The notes under the pieces are model-generated. The model ran no database searches, had not been told where the DNA came from, and saw only the letters and a program-made list of their open reading frames with translations. From positions 1 to 33,946 of IMG/VR virus record IMGVR_UViG_3300032330_000282: a stretch of DNA of 33,946 nt; one strand, 5' to 3'. Position numbers and translations under genes: made by a program. The first letter of the stretch is position 1. Each line of letters starts with the position of its first letter. Of the stretch, positions 1 through 8,733 are shown one piece after another. Source of the stretch: a virus. Lineage: Duplodnaviria; Caudoviricetes.

Positions 1-990
1 AGGTGGTTTTATGCTGCACTTCTTCCTTGTCGGTCTCAGCATGGTATTGTACGTGTTGTGGGAACTGTGTTACATCTCGATTCCTTACTCAATCGTATTA
101 TGCCTCCCGATTATGATGGCGATCATATTAAAGTTGAACCATTAAAGACTTATAGTACTCGTAAGAAAGTTGAGTGGAGAGCTGTACGATACAGAGCTCA
201 CTCTGAAGATTATCAGCACATACTGTGGGCTGACAGATACACAGCAGAGTTCTTTAAGGATAAGAAAGACGATTACACTAAACAGGGTATTCCTGAAGTG
301 TATGCACAAGAGTTCTTAAACTATCCTATTGATGAGTCTACTGCTTATTTTAAACGTACTGACTTTATTGAGATACCAAAGTTTACACTAGATGCAATCA
401 AACATAAAGAGAAGAGACTTACGTACTATGCTGCTGTTGACTTCGCAATCTCTACAAGAGACCGTAGCGATTATACTGTTATTGCTATTGGCGGAATTGA
501 CTCTGAGGGTATAATGCATATTATAGACATCCGTCGTGGACGATGGGATGCTCTTGATATTGTAGAAGAGATGTTTGCAGTACAAAAGAAATATGAACCC
601 TACTACTTTGTAACAGAGAAGGGTGCAATTGAAAAAGCTATTGGTGCTATTTTAAGACGTGAGCAAATAGCTAGACAAACATATATGAACTTACATCCTA
701 TGACTCCTACTAATGATAAGCAGTCAAGGGCAAGAAGCTTTCAGGCACGGTTTAGAGCAGGTGGTGTTAAGTTTGACAAGACTGCTGAGTGGTATCCTAA
801 TCTAGAAGAAGAGATGGTTAGGTTTCCAAAAGCAAGACATGATGATCAGGTTGATGCTTTAAGTTGGTTAGGACTTGTAGTTGATCAAGTTCAAAGTGCT
901 GATACTCCTGAAGAAGAAGAACAGTACGAATACTTACAATCATTAAAATCTGATACAAATAACGGACGATCAAAGGTTACGGGATACTAA
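1..990 (+). CDS. terL: Terminase large subunit (5'-truncated by the window edge)
   Basis: Frame is open from base 1 (RWFYAALLPC...VRVVGTVLHLD). Contains YAQEFLNYP and the RNase H-like nuclease motifs AAVDFAIS..DYT and HDDQVDAL. Lies directly upstream of the portal. Confidence 0.93.
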   Translation, partial: RWFYAALLPCRSQHGIVRVVGTVLHLDSLLNRIMPPDYDGDHIKVEPLKTYSTRKKVEWRAVRYRAHSEDYQHILWADRYTAEFFKDKKDDYTKQGIPEVYAQEFLNYPIDESTAYFKRTDFIEIPKFTLDAIKHKEKRLTYYAAVDFAISTRDRSDYTVIAIGGIDSEGIMHIIDIRRGRWDALDIVEEMFAVQKKYEPYYFVTEKGAIEKAIGAILRREQIARQTYMNLHPMTPTNDKQSRARSFQARFRAGGVKFDKTAEWYPNLEEEMVRFPKARHDDQVDALSWLGLVVDQVQSADTPEEEEQYEYLQSLKSDTNNGRSKVTGY

Positions 991-993
991 AAT

Positions 994-3144
994 ATGGAAT
1001 TAGATGTAAAGATTAAAATTGAAAAACTCTTAACATCACCTAACATTGCTGAAATGTTAGATGAACAAGAACTTCATACTATTGGAGCTACTGTACTAAG
1101 AGAGTTTAATATAGATAAAGAATCTCGTAGTATGTGGGAACAACGTGTAGAAGAAGCTATGAAGTTAGCACTACAAGTTGCAGAAGCTAAATCATTCCCT
1201 TGGTCTGGTGCTTCTAATGTTAAGTTTCCTCTTATTACTATTGCAGCATTACAGTTCCATAGCAGAGCTTACCCAGCTTTAATACCTTCTAATCAACTTG
1301 TTAAACTAGATGTACCAACATACTATGATTCTCAAGAAGATAGTACAGACATTGTTAATAGTCCTTATGAAAAGGCTAAACGTATTGAAACACACATGTC
1401 TTATCAGATCCTTACTCAAGATGAGAACTGGGAATCTGAAATGGACAAAGTACTTATTACAGTACCTATTGTTGGTTGTGCATTTAAGAAAACATATTGG
1501 GATTTTAATACTAACCATCCTGTTTCTGAAAACGTATTAGCTAAAGACTTTGTTGTATCTTATTGGACTAAGAGTTTAAAAGACTGTACACGTCAAACTC
1601 ATGTAATCTATTTATCAACTAATGATGTTATTAGTAGACAACGTAGAGGTCTATGGCTTGATGTTAAGTTAGGTCGTCCTATCTTACAACCACAAGATGA
1701 TTTAACAGTAGCACAAGATAAGCAACAAGGTACAGAAGATTATAATACAGATTCTGGTACTCCATATGAGTTCCTTGAACAACATCGTTGGGAAGACTTA
1801 GATGGTGATGGTTATAAAGAACCCTACATTATCACAGTACATAGACCTACAGGTAAAGTAGTTCGCATAGTATCAAACTATTTAGAGTCATCTATTTTAA
1901 GAAATGATAAAGGTGAGATTATTAATATCACACCTGAAACCTATTTTACTAAGTATCCATTCATTCCATCACCAGATGGTGGTTTCTATGATATTGGTTT
2001 TGGTATATTGTTAGGACCTTTAAATGAATCTATCGATACTATTATTAATCAGCTCATTGATGCTGGTACTATGGCTACGACTGCAGGGGGTTTCCTCTCC
2101 AGAGGAATTAAAGTTCGTGGAGGTAATTATAATTTCGCTCCTCTTGAATGGAAGCATGTGGATTCTACTGGAGAAGACCTTGCTAAAGGTATCGTACCTC
2201 TACCAGTAAGAGAACCAAGTGGTGTATTGTTTACACTACTACAAACATTAGTTAACTATGGTGAACGTATTGTTGGTGCTACTGACATTATGGTAGGTGA
2301 AAGTGTTGGTCAAAATACACCAGCTCAAACATCACAAATGATGGCAGAGCAAGGTATGAAAGTATTCTCTGGAATCTTTAAACGTATCCATAGATCACTT
2401 AAAGAAGAACTTAGAAAAGTTTATAGACTTAATCAATTATATCTTGTTGGTGACATTGAGTACCCACAAGGTTTTATTAGATCTATAGATTATTTAATTG
2501 ATGACTCTACCCTAAGACCACTAGCTGATCCTAATGTAGTAACAGATGCTCAACGTATTATGCAAGCTCAAGCATTAATGCAAACAGCTGCAACTATACC
2601 TGGTTTTAATATGTATCAAGTAACTAAACGTTATTTAGAAGCTCTTAAAGTTTGTAACATTGAGGAAGTATTACCAAACCCACAAGGTCCTAATGCTGTA
2701 CCTCAACAACCAGATCCAAAAGTACAACTTGCTACTATTAAAGCACAAGTTGATATGAATGACATTAATAAGAAAACTCAAGTTGCTTTAGCTAAGTTAC
2801 AAGAAGACTCAAGAGTAAATGAAGCTAGAATCTTAAAACTACAAGCAGAAGCACTACTTGCTTTAGAAGAAGCAGATGATGTTCCTAGAAACAATATGAT
2901 TGCTTTAATCCAAGCAGAGATTGGTGCAGCTAAACATAAACAACAAAGTTTATTTGATTCTATTAAGTTCTTAAAAGAAATGATGCCTCAAGCAGGCAAC
3001 CCAGAAAGTAATGGATCATTAAAGTCAGATATTAGTTCTAAAATAGTTCAAGGAGAGAATGTAAATGGTAGTAACCAAGGAGGAATTCCTGGAATGGAAG
3101 GAGCACCCAGCGACCAAAGCGTTGTTGAAGGCACTCCGCAGTGA
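994..3144 (+). CDS. Portal protein
   Basis: 716 aa after terL. Motifs FPWSGASNVKFP, VGCAFKKTYWD, FIPSPDGGFYDIGFG and NQLIDAGT, followed by a C-terminal coiled coil (barrel) as in P22-like portals. Confidence 0.88.
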   Translation: MELDVKIKIEKLLTSPNIAEMLDEQELHTIGATVLREFNIDKESRSMWEQRVEEAMKLALQVAEAKSFPWSGASNVKFPLITIAALQFHSRAYPALIPSNQLVKLDVPTYYDSQEDSTDIVNSPYEKAKRIETHMSYQILTQDENWESEMDKVLITVPIVGCAFKKTYWDFNTNHPVSENVLAKDFVVSYWTKSLKDCTRQTHVIYLSTNDVISRQRRGLWLDVKLGRPILQPQDDLTVAQDKQQGTEDYNTDSGTPYEFLEQHRWEDLDGDGYKEPYIITVHRPTGKVVRIVSNYLESSILRNDKGEIINITPETYFTKYPFIPSPDGGFYDIGFGILLGPLNESIDTIINQLIDAGTMATTAGGFLSRGIKVRGGNYNFAPLEWKHVDSTGEDLAKGIVPLPVREPSGVLFTLLQTLVNYGERIVGATDIMVGESVGQNTPAQTSQMMAEQGMKVFSGIFKRIHRSLKEELRKVYRLNQLYLVGDIEYPQGFIRSIDYLIDDSTLRPLADPNVVTDAQRIMQAQALMQTAATIPGFNMYQVTKRYLEALKVCNIEEVLPNPQGPNAVPQQPDPKVQLATIKAQVDMNDINKKTQVALAKLQEDSRVNEARILKLQAEALLALEEADDVPRNNMIALIQAEIGAAKHKQQSLFDSIKFLKEMMPQAGNPESNGSLKSDISSKIVQGENVNGSNQGGIPGMEGAPSDQSVVEGTPQ

Positions 3145-3289
3145 CAGGGAATACATGAAAGAAATGGTGGTTCGTGGTAACACAGCCAACGTTGAAGAAG
3201 TAAAAGGTAGATGTAATGCAATCATGAGTATCTTAGATTTAACTTATGAAGACTTAGTAGAAGGAGCAAGAGAAGATGCAAAATACTAG
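3065..3289 (+). CDS. Small conserved head-module protein
   Basis: 74 aa (FLEWKEHPAT...EVKGRCNAI), preceded by AGGAG. Overlaps the portal 3' end by 80 nt and the groES start. Confidence 0.75.
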   Translation: MVVTKEEFLEWKEHPATKALLKALRSDREYMKEMVVRGNTANVEEVKGRCNAIMSILDLTYEDLVEGAREDAKY

Positions 3290-3584
3290 TGGAATTCACC
3301 CAAAGGGTCACAGAGTTTTAATACTCCCAGATCCAGTGGAAGAAGTAACACAAAGCGGTATTATTGTTTCAGTTGGTGAAAACCGAGATAGGGAAAGACT
3401 AGCACAACTAAAAGGTACTATTGTCGAATTAGGCAATACTGCATGGTTAGACCAACCAAGCCCATGGGCAAACGAAGGCGATCATGTAATCTTTGGTAAG
3501 TACTCTGGTTTAATCTATAAGGGTGCTGATGAAAAAGAATACCGTATCATTAATGATTTAGATGTTGTAGCAATAGTCGACTAG
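3276..3584 (+). CDS. groES: GroES/Cpn10-like co-chaperonin
   Basis: IHPKGHRVLI, EEVTQSGIIV, GTIVELG, GDHVIFGKYSG and EYRIINDLDVVAIV match the Cpn10 signature. Confidence 0.9.
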   Translation: MQNTSGIHPKGHRVLILPDPVEEVTQSGIIVSVGENRDRERLAQLKGTIVELGNTAWLDQPSPWANEGDHVIFGKYSGLIYKGADEKEYRIINDLDVVAIVD

Positions 3585-3592
3585 GAGAAAAC

Positions 3593-4438
3593 ATGTCAGA
3601 AGAAAACAAAGTAGTAGAACCTGTTCAAGAACCAGACCAACAACAAGGAAACGAAGTCTTAGAAAAAGAAGCTCGTGTATTTGGTTGGGTACCTAAAGAA
3701 GAGTTTAGGGGTTCAGAGGATGATTGGGTAGATGCAGATACATTCGTAAAACGTGGTAAAGAAATTAATCCTATACTTCGTAAGAACAATGAACTTCTTA
3801 TGAAGAAACTAGATGAAAAAGCTAGAGAGATTGATACCATTAAAAAGGATGTAGAACAGTTCAAGAAGTTCCAAAAGGAATCTTTTGATAAAAAGAAAGT
3901 TGAACTTGAATCTGAAATCGTAGCCTTAAAATCTCAAAAGAGAACAGCGATAGCTGAGGGTAACGGAGATCTAGTAGTAGACCTAGATGATCGTATTGAC
4001 GAACTAAAAGAAGCACAGCGGGAAGCTAAAGCGGAGAGTAAAGCTCCACCGCCACAAGCAGAACCTACACCCGTAGCAGTAGACCCTGAGATCTCAGCAT
4101 GGCTAGACCGTAATAAATGGTTTGGTCAAGATACTGAGTTAACAGAAATGTCTAATGCATTAGGTGCTAATGTAAGAAAGCAGTTCCCTCACCTAACAGG
4201 TCGTGAGTTTCTTGATAAGATAGATGAAAAGCTTGCTGACTATTTTCCTGAAAAGTTTATGAAAAAACCTAAGGTTAATTCTGTAGACAGTTCAGGTAGT
4301 GTAAGGTCTAGTGGTAGTAGCGGTAAAAAGTCTTATGACAACTTACCACCAGAAGCTAAAACAGCATGTGATCGATTCATTAAAAATGGATGGATTAAAT
4401 CTAAACAAGAATATGTAGACAGTTACGACTGGAATTAA
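3593..4438 (+). CDS. Capsid scaffolding protein (putative)
   Basis: 281 aa, highly charged coiled coil with ARVFGWVPKEEF and WLDRNKWF. Sits between portal and capsid. AGGAG RBS. Confidence 0.7.
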   Translation: MSEENKVVEPVQEPDQQQGNEVLEKEARVFGWVPKEEFRGSEDDWVDADTFVKRGKEINPILRKNNELLMKKLDEKAREIDTIKKDVEQFKKFQKESFDKKKVELESEIVALKSQKRTAIAEGNGDLVVDLDDRIDELKEAQREAKAESKAPPPQAEPTPVAVDPEISAWLDRNKWFGQDTELTEMSNALGANVRKQFPHLTGREFLDKIDEKLADYFPEKFMKKPKVNSVDSSGSVRSSGSSGKKSYDNLPPEAKTACDRFIKNGWIKSKQEYVDSYDWN

Positions 4439-4449
4439 GGAGAAAAACT

Positions 4450-4941
4450 ATGGCTAAAGCATTAACAATTGAAGAAAAGAAAGAAGCAGCATTAACTAGA
4501 ACTGAAGTTGAACGTCCTACACGTGAGCGTGTTAGAAACGTATTTAATGGAACTCAAGCTAAGCTGACTGTAAATCATCAAATCCCTGGATATAAACTAC
4601 ACATCTTTAATGATGAACCTGGTCGTATCCAGACCGCAATCGATGGAGGTTGGGAATTTGTAACTCCTGATGAGGTGGGCGGTGTTAAAGATAGTGTAAC
4701 GTCTGGTAATACAGACTTAGGAGAAAAGGTAAGATACCTCGTTGGTACTAGTGAGAAAGGTGATGGACTTTACGCCTACTTGTTAAAGATTAAACAAGAG
4801 TGGTGGGAAGAAGATCAAAAAGAATTACATAAACGAAATGATCGTGTAGATGAAGCTATTCGTGGTGGTGTAAATGTTAAAGAAGGTACTTCTTCTGATG
4901 GCTTTTATACTCCTAAGGGTGGCATTAACTACAAAACATAA
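4450..4941 (+). CDS. Conserved head-module hypothetical protein
   Basis: 163 aa with AAGGAG RBS and motif PGYKLHIFND...GGWEFV. Function not assignable from sequence. Confidence 0.7.
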   Translation: MAKALTIEEKKEAALTRTEVERPTRERVRNVFNGTQAKLTVNHQIPGYKLHIFNDEPGRIQTAIDGGWEFVTPDEVGGVKDSVTSGNTDLGEKVRYLVGTSEKGDGLYAYLLKIKQEWWEEDQKELHKRNDRVDEAIRGGVNVKEGTSSDGFYTPKGGINYKT

Positions 4942-4965
4942 ACTTAATTTCTAAAAGGAAATAAA

Positions 4966-5589
4966 ATGGCTAACGCAAATACCCCTCGTGGACTTAGCCC
5001 AGTAGGAACAATTACTGGTGCTCCGTACAACGAACAAGGTCGCCTTTACGCTATTGCTAACGACGCTTCTAACACTTACGCTATTGGCGATATTGTTAAA
5101 GTTGCAACAGGTAGTGATGCAAATGGTGTACCTTACGTAACAAAAGCGGCTACTACAGACACACCAGTTGGTGTTATTGTAGGTATCCGCGTATCAGATC
5201 CAGGTGTATCTCTTGTAGGTACAACATTGGCTCTAAACACAATCTACTTACCACTTAGCTCAGGACTTCGTTACGTTTTCGTAGTTGATGATCCTTCAGT
5301 TATTTTTGAAGTAGAAGGTGATGCTACTGGTGTAGCGGCTGCTGACGTATTCAAGCTTGCTGGTTTAACAATTACTGCTAACCAAACAACTCTTGCAATG
5401 TCTGCACCGCTATCAAACACAGTATTGAACGCTTCTTCATTCCTTGCTTCTAGTGCTTCTGGCTCTTTAGCATTGCCATTACAAATCATTGGTTTATCAC
5501 AAGGTGTTAATAACGCTCCTGGTGCTTATGCTAATGCATTGGTAAAATGGAACAAGCATCAATTCCTCAACCCAGTTGGCACAGCTTAA
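4966..5589 (+). CDS. Capsid decoration/cement-like protein (putative)
   Basis: 207 aa immediately upstream of the major capsid (MANANTPRGLSPV, IGDIV, VVDDPSVIFEVE). Codon bias looks like a highly expressed gene. Confidence 0.6.
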   Translation: MANANTPRGLSPVGTITGAPYNEQGRLYAIANDASNTYAIGDIVKVATGSDANGVPYVTKAATTDTPVGVIVGIRVSDPGVSLVGTTLALNTIYLPLSSGLRYVFVVDDPSVIFEVEGDATGVAAADVFKLAGLTITANQTTLAMSAPLSNTVLNASSFLASSASGSLALPLQIIGLSQGVNNAPGAYANALVKWNKHQFLNPVGTA

Positions 5590-5604
5590 TAAGGAGAATA
5601 TAAC

Positions 5605-6519
5605 ATGGCTGGTATTATAACAACCGCTTCACACCCTAAGGCCCTATGGCCTGGGATCAAAGCATGGTGGGGTCAAGTCTACGATGAACATAAAGAAGAA
5701 TATTCTCAATTGTTCGACAGCGACACATCCTCAATGAACTATGAAGAAGATGTTCAACTTACAGGTTTCGGTTTAGCTCCAGTTAAATCCGAAGGTTCTG
5801 GAGTTTCATACGATTCAGAAATTCAAGGTTTCACAACACGATACACTCACGTTGCTTACGCACTTGGTTATATCGTAACAAAAGAAGAGTTAGATGACAA
5901 CTTGTATGAACAAGTATCACGTCGTAGAGCTGCAGCATTAGCGATGTCTTTCCGTCAAACGAAAGAAAACATTGGTGCTAACATCTACAACCGTGCATTT
6001 AATGGTACATATTTAGGTGGTGACGGTGTTGCTTTATGTTCTACAGCACATCCTAACACATCTGGTGGTACATTTGCTAACACTCCTACAGTTGCAGCTG
6101 ACTTGTCAGAAGCTTCTTTAGAAGATGCATTAACAGCAATTATGGGTTTCCAAAATGACCGTGGTCTTTTGATCAATGTTATGCCAAGAAGCTTAGTTGT
6201 TGCTCGTCAAAACTGGTGGAATGCTAACCGCATTATGAAATCAGCGTACACACCATCAACAGCAAACAATGCAGTGAACGTTTTAGTAGCGACAAATGCG
6301 TTACCAGAAGGTATCGTAATGAACCACTACTTATCTTCACCTAATGCATGGTTTGTAAGAACTAACATCCAAAACGGTCTCAAGTACTACTCACGTGTTG
6401 GTATTCAATTTGATCAAGACAATGATTTTGATACAATGAATGCTAAGGCTAAGGGTTACGAAAGATACTCATTTGGCTGGACAGACCCTAGAGCAATCTA
6501 CGGTGTTAACGGTCCTTAA
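5605..6519 (+). CDS. Major capsid protein (Mu gpT-like HK97 fold)
   Basis: 304 aa with LWPG, GFGLAPVKSEG, YALGY, GGDGVALCSTAHP, NHYLSSPNAWF and ERYSFGWTDPR. Strong TAAGGAG RBS and optimal codons. Confidence 0.9.
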   Translation: MAGIITTASHPKALWPGIKAWWGQVYDEHKEEYSQLFDSDTSSMNYEEDVQLTGFGLAPVKSEGSGVSYDSEIQGFTTRYTHVAYALGYIVTKEELDDNLYEQVSRRRAAALAMSFRQTKENIGANIYNRAFNGTYLGGDGVALCSTAHPNTSGGTFANTPTVAADLSEASLEDALTAIMGFQNDRGLLINVMPRSLVVARQNWWNANRIMKSAYTPSTANNAVNVLVATNALPEGIVMNHYLSSPNAWFVRTNIQNGLKYYSRVGIQFDQDNDFDTMNAKAKGYERYSFGWTDPRAIYGVNGP

Positions 6520-6532
6520 TTAGGACTATATG

Positions 6533-6576
6533 AGATGTAGAGGGGGCGAGTTAAAGCTCCCTCTTATCTTTACTTA
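6533..6576 (+). terminator. Post-capsid hairpin (weak terminator or mRNA stabiliser)
   Basis: AGAGGGGGC (6539-6547) pairs with GCTCCCTCT (6556-6564), including one G-U pair. The stem can extend via AGAT/ATCT. The following T-rich tract is interrupted. Confidence 0.6.
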
Positions 6577-6585
6577 GGAGTTTAT

Positions 6586-6645
6586 ATGTCATATCCAATC
6601 GAAGAGAAAAAAGGTAAACGCCCACCTGTCAAAAAGGGTAAATAA
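6586..6645 (+). CDS. 19-aa Lys/Pro-rich small ORF (MSYPIEEKKGKRPPVKKGK)
   Basis: AGGAG lies 5 nt before ATG 6586 and the ORF stops at TAA 6643-6645. It is below the ORF-track length cutoff. Confidence 0.55.
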   Translation: MSYPIEEKKGKRPPVKKGK

Positions 6646-6654
6646 TTTAATTGT

Positions 6655-6711
6655 TCTCTGATGACGCTTAGAGATAAGCGTTGTTAAAAAACATAACAAC
6701 GTCAAAGGAGA
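6655..6711 (+). promoter_or_regulatory. Candidate structured cis-regulatory RNA (three-way junction covering the RBS)
   Basis: P1 = TGAC 6662-65/GTCA 6701-04. P2 = GCTTA-GAGA-TAAGC 6666-79. P3 = GTTGTTA/TAACAAC 6680-6700. TCTCT 6655-59 pairs with GGAGA 6707-11. Confidence 0.55.
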
Positions 6712-6716
6712 TTTAT

Positions 6717-7430
6717 ATGGGTAATCCAACAAGATTTACAAGCGGAATAGGTACAGCTTACCAAGGTGAAACACTAGGTAACTATCCTCTTCCAGATCCG
6801 TTTCATACTGGTAGTACACAAGGTTTAGGTATTTCAATTTATCAAAATGATTTTAATACACTTATTGGTACTGACTATACAGTAACTGGTACTTCATCAA
6901 CATTTGCATTGTCAAGTACAATCGTTGGTGGTGCAGGTGTATTAACACCAGGTGCAGCTACAACAGCTACAGCTGCTTACAAAGCTGGTTCATTCTTACA
7001 ATTCCAAGCTGGTAATCAGTTCTGGTATGAAGCAAGATTTAAAGCATCAGCTGTGTCAGGTACTAAATCATTCTATGTAGGTTTACGTAATGGTTCAGGT
7101 GTAACTGATGGTTTATGGTTTGCTAAAGCAGCATCATCAACATCTGTTAACTTAGTATCAACAGTAGGTTCTACAGCTACTACTTTAGTAACTGGCGTAG
7201 CAACAGCTGCAGCAGATACTTGGCTTAACTTAGGTTTCTACTACGATGGTACTGATTTACTAGTCTATTCAGACAATGCTTTAGTAGCTCGTGTTTCAGC
7301 TCCAACAATTGGTACTTCAGGTACAACACTATCAAGCGTGTTAATGGCACCTGTATTCCAAATTACTCCAACAGCAACTGATACTTTAAGTGTTGATTTC
7401 GTTTTAGCTGCTCAAGAACTAGTACGCTAA
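6717..7430 (+). CDS. Virion structural protein (beta-rich, possible head spike or lectin-like fold)
   Basis: True start is ATG 6717 after AAGGAG rather than the track's 6681. T/S/G-rich, with MGNPTRFTSG, WYEARFK and LGFYYDG. Confidence 0.65.
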   Translation: MGNPTRFTSGIGTAYQGETLGNYPLPDPFHTGSTQGLGISIYQNDFNTLIGTDYTVTGTSSTFALSSTIVGGAGVLTPGAATTATAAYKAGSFLQFQAGNQFWYEARFKASAVSGTKSFYVGLRNGSGVTDGLWFAKAASSTSVNLVSTVGSTATTLVTGVATAAADTWLNLGFYYDGTDLLVYSDNALVARVSAPTIGTSGTTLSSVLMAPVFQITPTATDTLSVDFVLAAQELVR

Positions 7431-7442
7431 TAGGAGAATAAC

Positions 7443-7859
7443 ATGGCTAATTCAGTTCAGATTCAAACGTTAGTTGATAGTGAACGTAACTTAGTTGTTA
7501 AGTTAGTAGGCCTTTTAGATACAAATAACGTAAGTTTAACTACATTAATTGACCCAGCACTTGTTGCTGCAGTTAATGCTTCAGGTTTAAACTCACAACA
7601 ACCTACTAAAGTAGCAATTAAAAAAGTAACTTATGACGTAGAAGATGGCTTAGCTGTTAACCTTTATTGGGATGCCACAGCAGATGTACCTATCTGGAGA
7701 TTTGTAGGTAGGGGATTTGTAATGGGAGAACAAATTGGTTTCTTACAAAATAATGCTGGTGCAGGTGTGACTGGTAAAGTTTTATATGATACAGACGGTT
7801 ATTCATCAGGCTCATTATCATTCAGTTTATTAATTGAATGTATTAAGCAATGGAGCTAA
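7443..7859 (+). CDS. Virion structural protein (putative)
   Basis: 138 aa with AGGAG RBS, in the head accessory cluster. Motifs VNLYWDATAD and NNAGAGVTGKV. Confidence 0.6.
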   Translation: MANSVQIQTLVDSERNLVVKLVGLLDTNNVSLTTLIDPALVAAVNASGLNSQQPTKVAIKKVTYDVEDGLAVNLYWDATADVPIWRFVGRGFVMGEQIGFLQNNAGAGVTGKVLYDTDGYSSGSLSFSLLIECIKQWS

Positions 7860-7860
7860 T

Positions 7861-8211
7861 ATGGAAGAAATCATAGGATTATTGTTCCATGCACGTACTA
7901 TAGCGCATATAGAGCATTTAAAGACTAAGAGCTATGCTCAACACAAAGCTCTTGGTCATTTCTATGATGATGTTGTTGAGCTAGCAGATGACCTTGCAGA
8001 AGCATTTCAAGGGGATGAAGGTATTATGGCTGACATCCCTTTGTTTTCTAGTATGCCTACAGACACTATTGACAACTTCTTAGTTAAACAAGTTAATATG
8101 ATTGAGAAATTAAGAGTATCAGCGTCTAGTAGAAAAGCTGTTCAAAACATCATTGATGAAGTAATTGCTTTATATCTAAGTACTATTTATAAACTAAGGA
8201 ACTTATCATGA
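7861..8211 (+). CDS. Ferritin/Dps-like four-helix protein (DUF5856-like)
   Basis: Start is ATG 7861 after GGAG. AHIEHLKTKSYAQHKALGHFYD...ADDLAEAFQG resembles the Dps H-x-W/H...H..F..Y....D..AE pattern. Confidence 0.75.
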   Translation: MEEIIGLLFHARTIAHIEHLKTKSYAQHKALGHFYDDVVELADDLAEAFQGDEGIMADIPLFSSMPTDTIDNFLVKQVNMIEKLRVSASSRKAVQNIIDEVIALYLSTIYKLRNLS

Positions 8212-8363
8212 TAGCTACTGATGCTAAAGTAAAACAGATGGAGCTTTCTGCTATTATTACAAGAGCAGATGGAACTATTGAAGATCTTGGAACAATTCAG
8301 TATTGGCACAAGAACCCACTTAAACGTATTTTATGGAGAATTAAAAAATGGCTACACTATTAG
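8208..8363 (+). CDS. 51-aa small protein (not in ORF track)
   Basis: ATGA overlap with the ferritin-like gene's stop, AAGGA RBS. Translates as MIATDAKVKQMELSAIITRADGTIEDLGTIQYWHKNPLKRILWRIKKWLHY. Confidence 0.7.
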   Translation: MIATDAKVKQMELSAIITRADGTIEDLGTIQYWHKNPLKRILWRIKKWLHY

Positions 8364-8713
8364 TAAACACAGGTAAAGCTGTAGTTACAAACCGTATCAA
8401 AGGCTCTGGAACTGAACCTTCCTATGTTGCTTGGGGTACAGGTGCTGGAACTACTGCGGCTACCGATACAACTTTATTTACTGAAACTGGTACTAGAGTT
8501 GCAGGTACATCAACACAACAAACAACATCAACAACTAATGATACATATCAAGTTATTGGTACACAAACAGCAGGTGGTTCTTTAACAATTACTAATGCTG
8601 GTTTGTTTGATGCATCTACATCAGGTAATCTATTTGTTAAAGGTGACTTTTCTGGTATCGCATTAACATCAGGCGATAGCATTCAGTTCACATTCAAAAC
8701 ACAATTTAGTTAA
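8348..8713 (+). CDS. Fibre-associated structural protein
   Basis: LVNTGK...YVAWGTG...TDTTL...ITNAGLFDASTSGNLF resembles the fibre-collar/attachment domains of tailed phages. Confidence 0.6.
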   Translation: MATLLVNTGKAVVTNRIKGSGTEPSYVAWGTGAGTTAATDTTLFTETGTRVAGTSTQQTTSTTNDTYQVIGTQTAGGSLTITNAGLFDASTSGNLFVKGDFSGIALTSGDSIQFTFKTQFS

Positions 8714-8733
8714 TAAGATTGGGGGCCTGAGCT

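Noticed and set aside
388-6176. Short nested or antisense ORFs in the terminase, portal, scaffold and capsid genes
   Set aside because: They are fully contained in well-supported genes and consistent with codon-bias artefacts.
6510-6535. Capsid stop readthrough or frameshift extension
   Set aside because: No slippery heptamer, and stop codons follow quickly in all frames.
6658-6690. CTGATGA followed by a hairpin, resembling a hammerhead ribozyme core
   Set aside because: The stem is followed by TTGTT, not the required GAAA, and no matching stem I/III with a cleavage triplet was found.
6681-6716. ORF-track start at TTG 6681
   Set aside because: It lies inside the RNA structure with no RBS. 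ATG 6717 has AAGGAG.
5590-7448. Repeated TAA(T)AGGAGAATA(T)AACATGGCT at 5590 and 7428 as a possible phage promoter
   Set aside because: Explained by stop codon, Shine-Dalgarno and ATG GCT. Similarity does not extend upstream.
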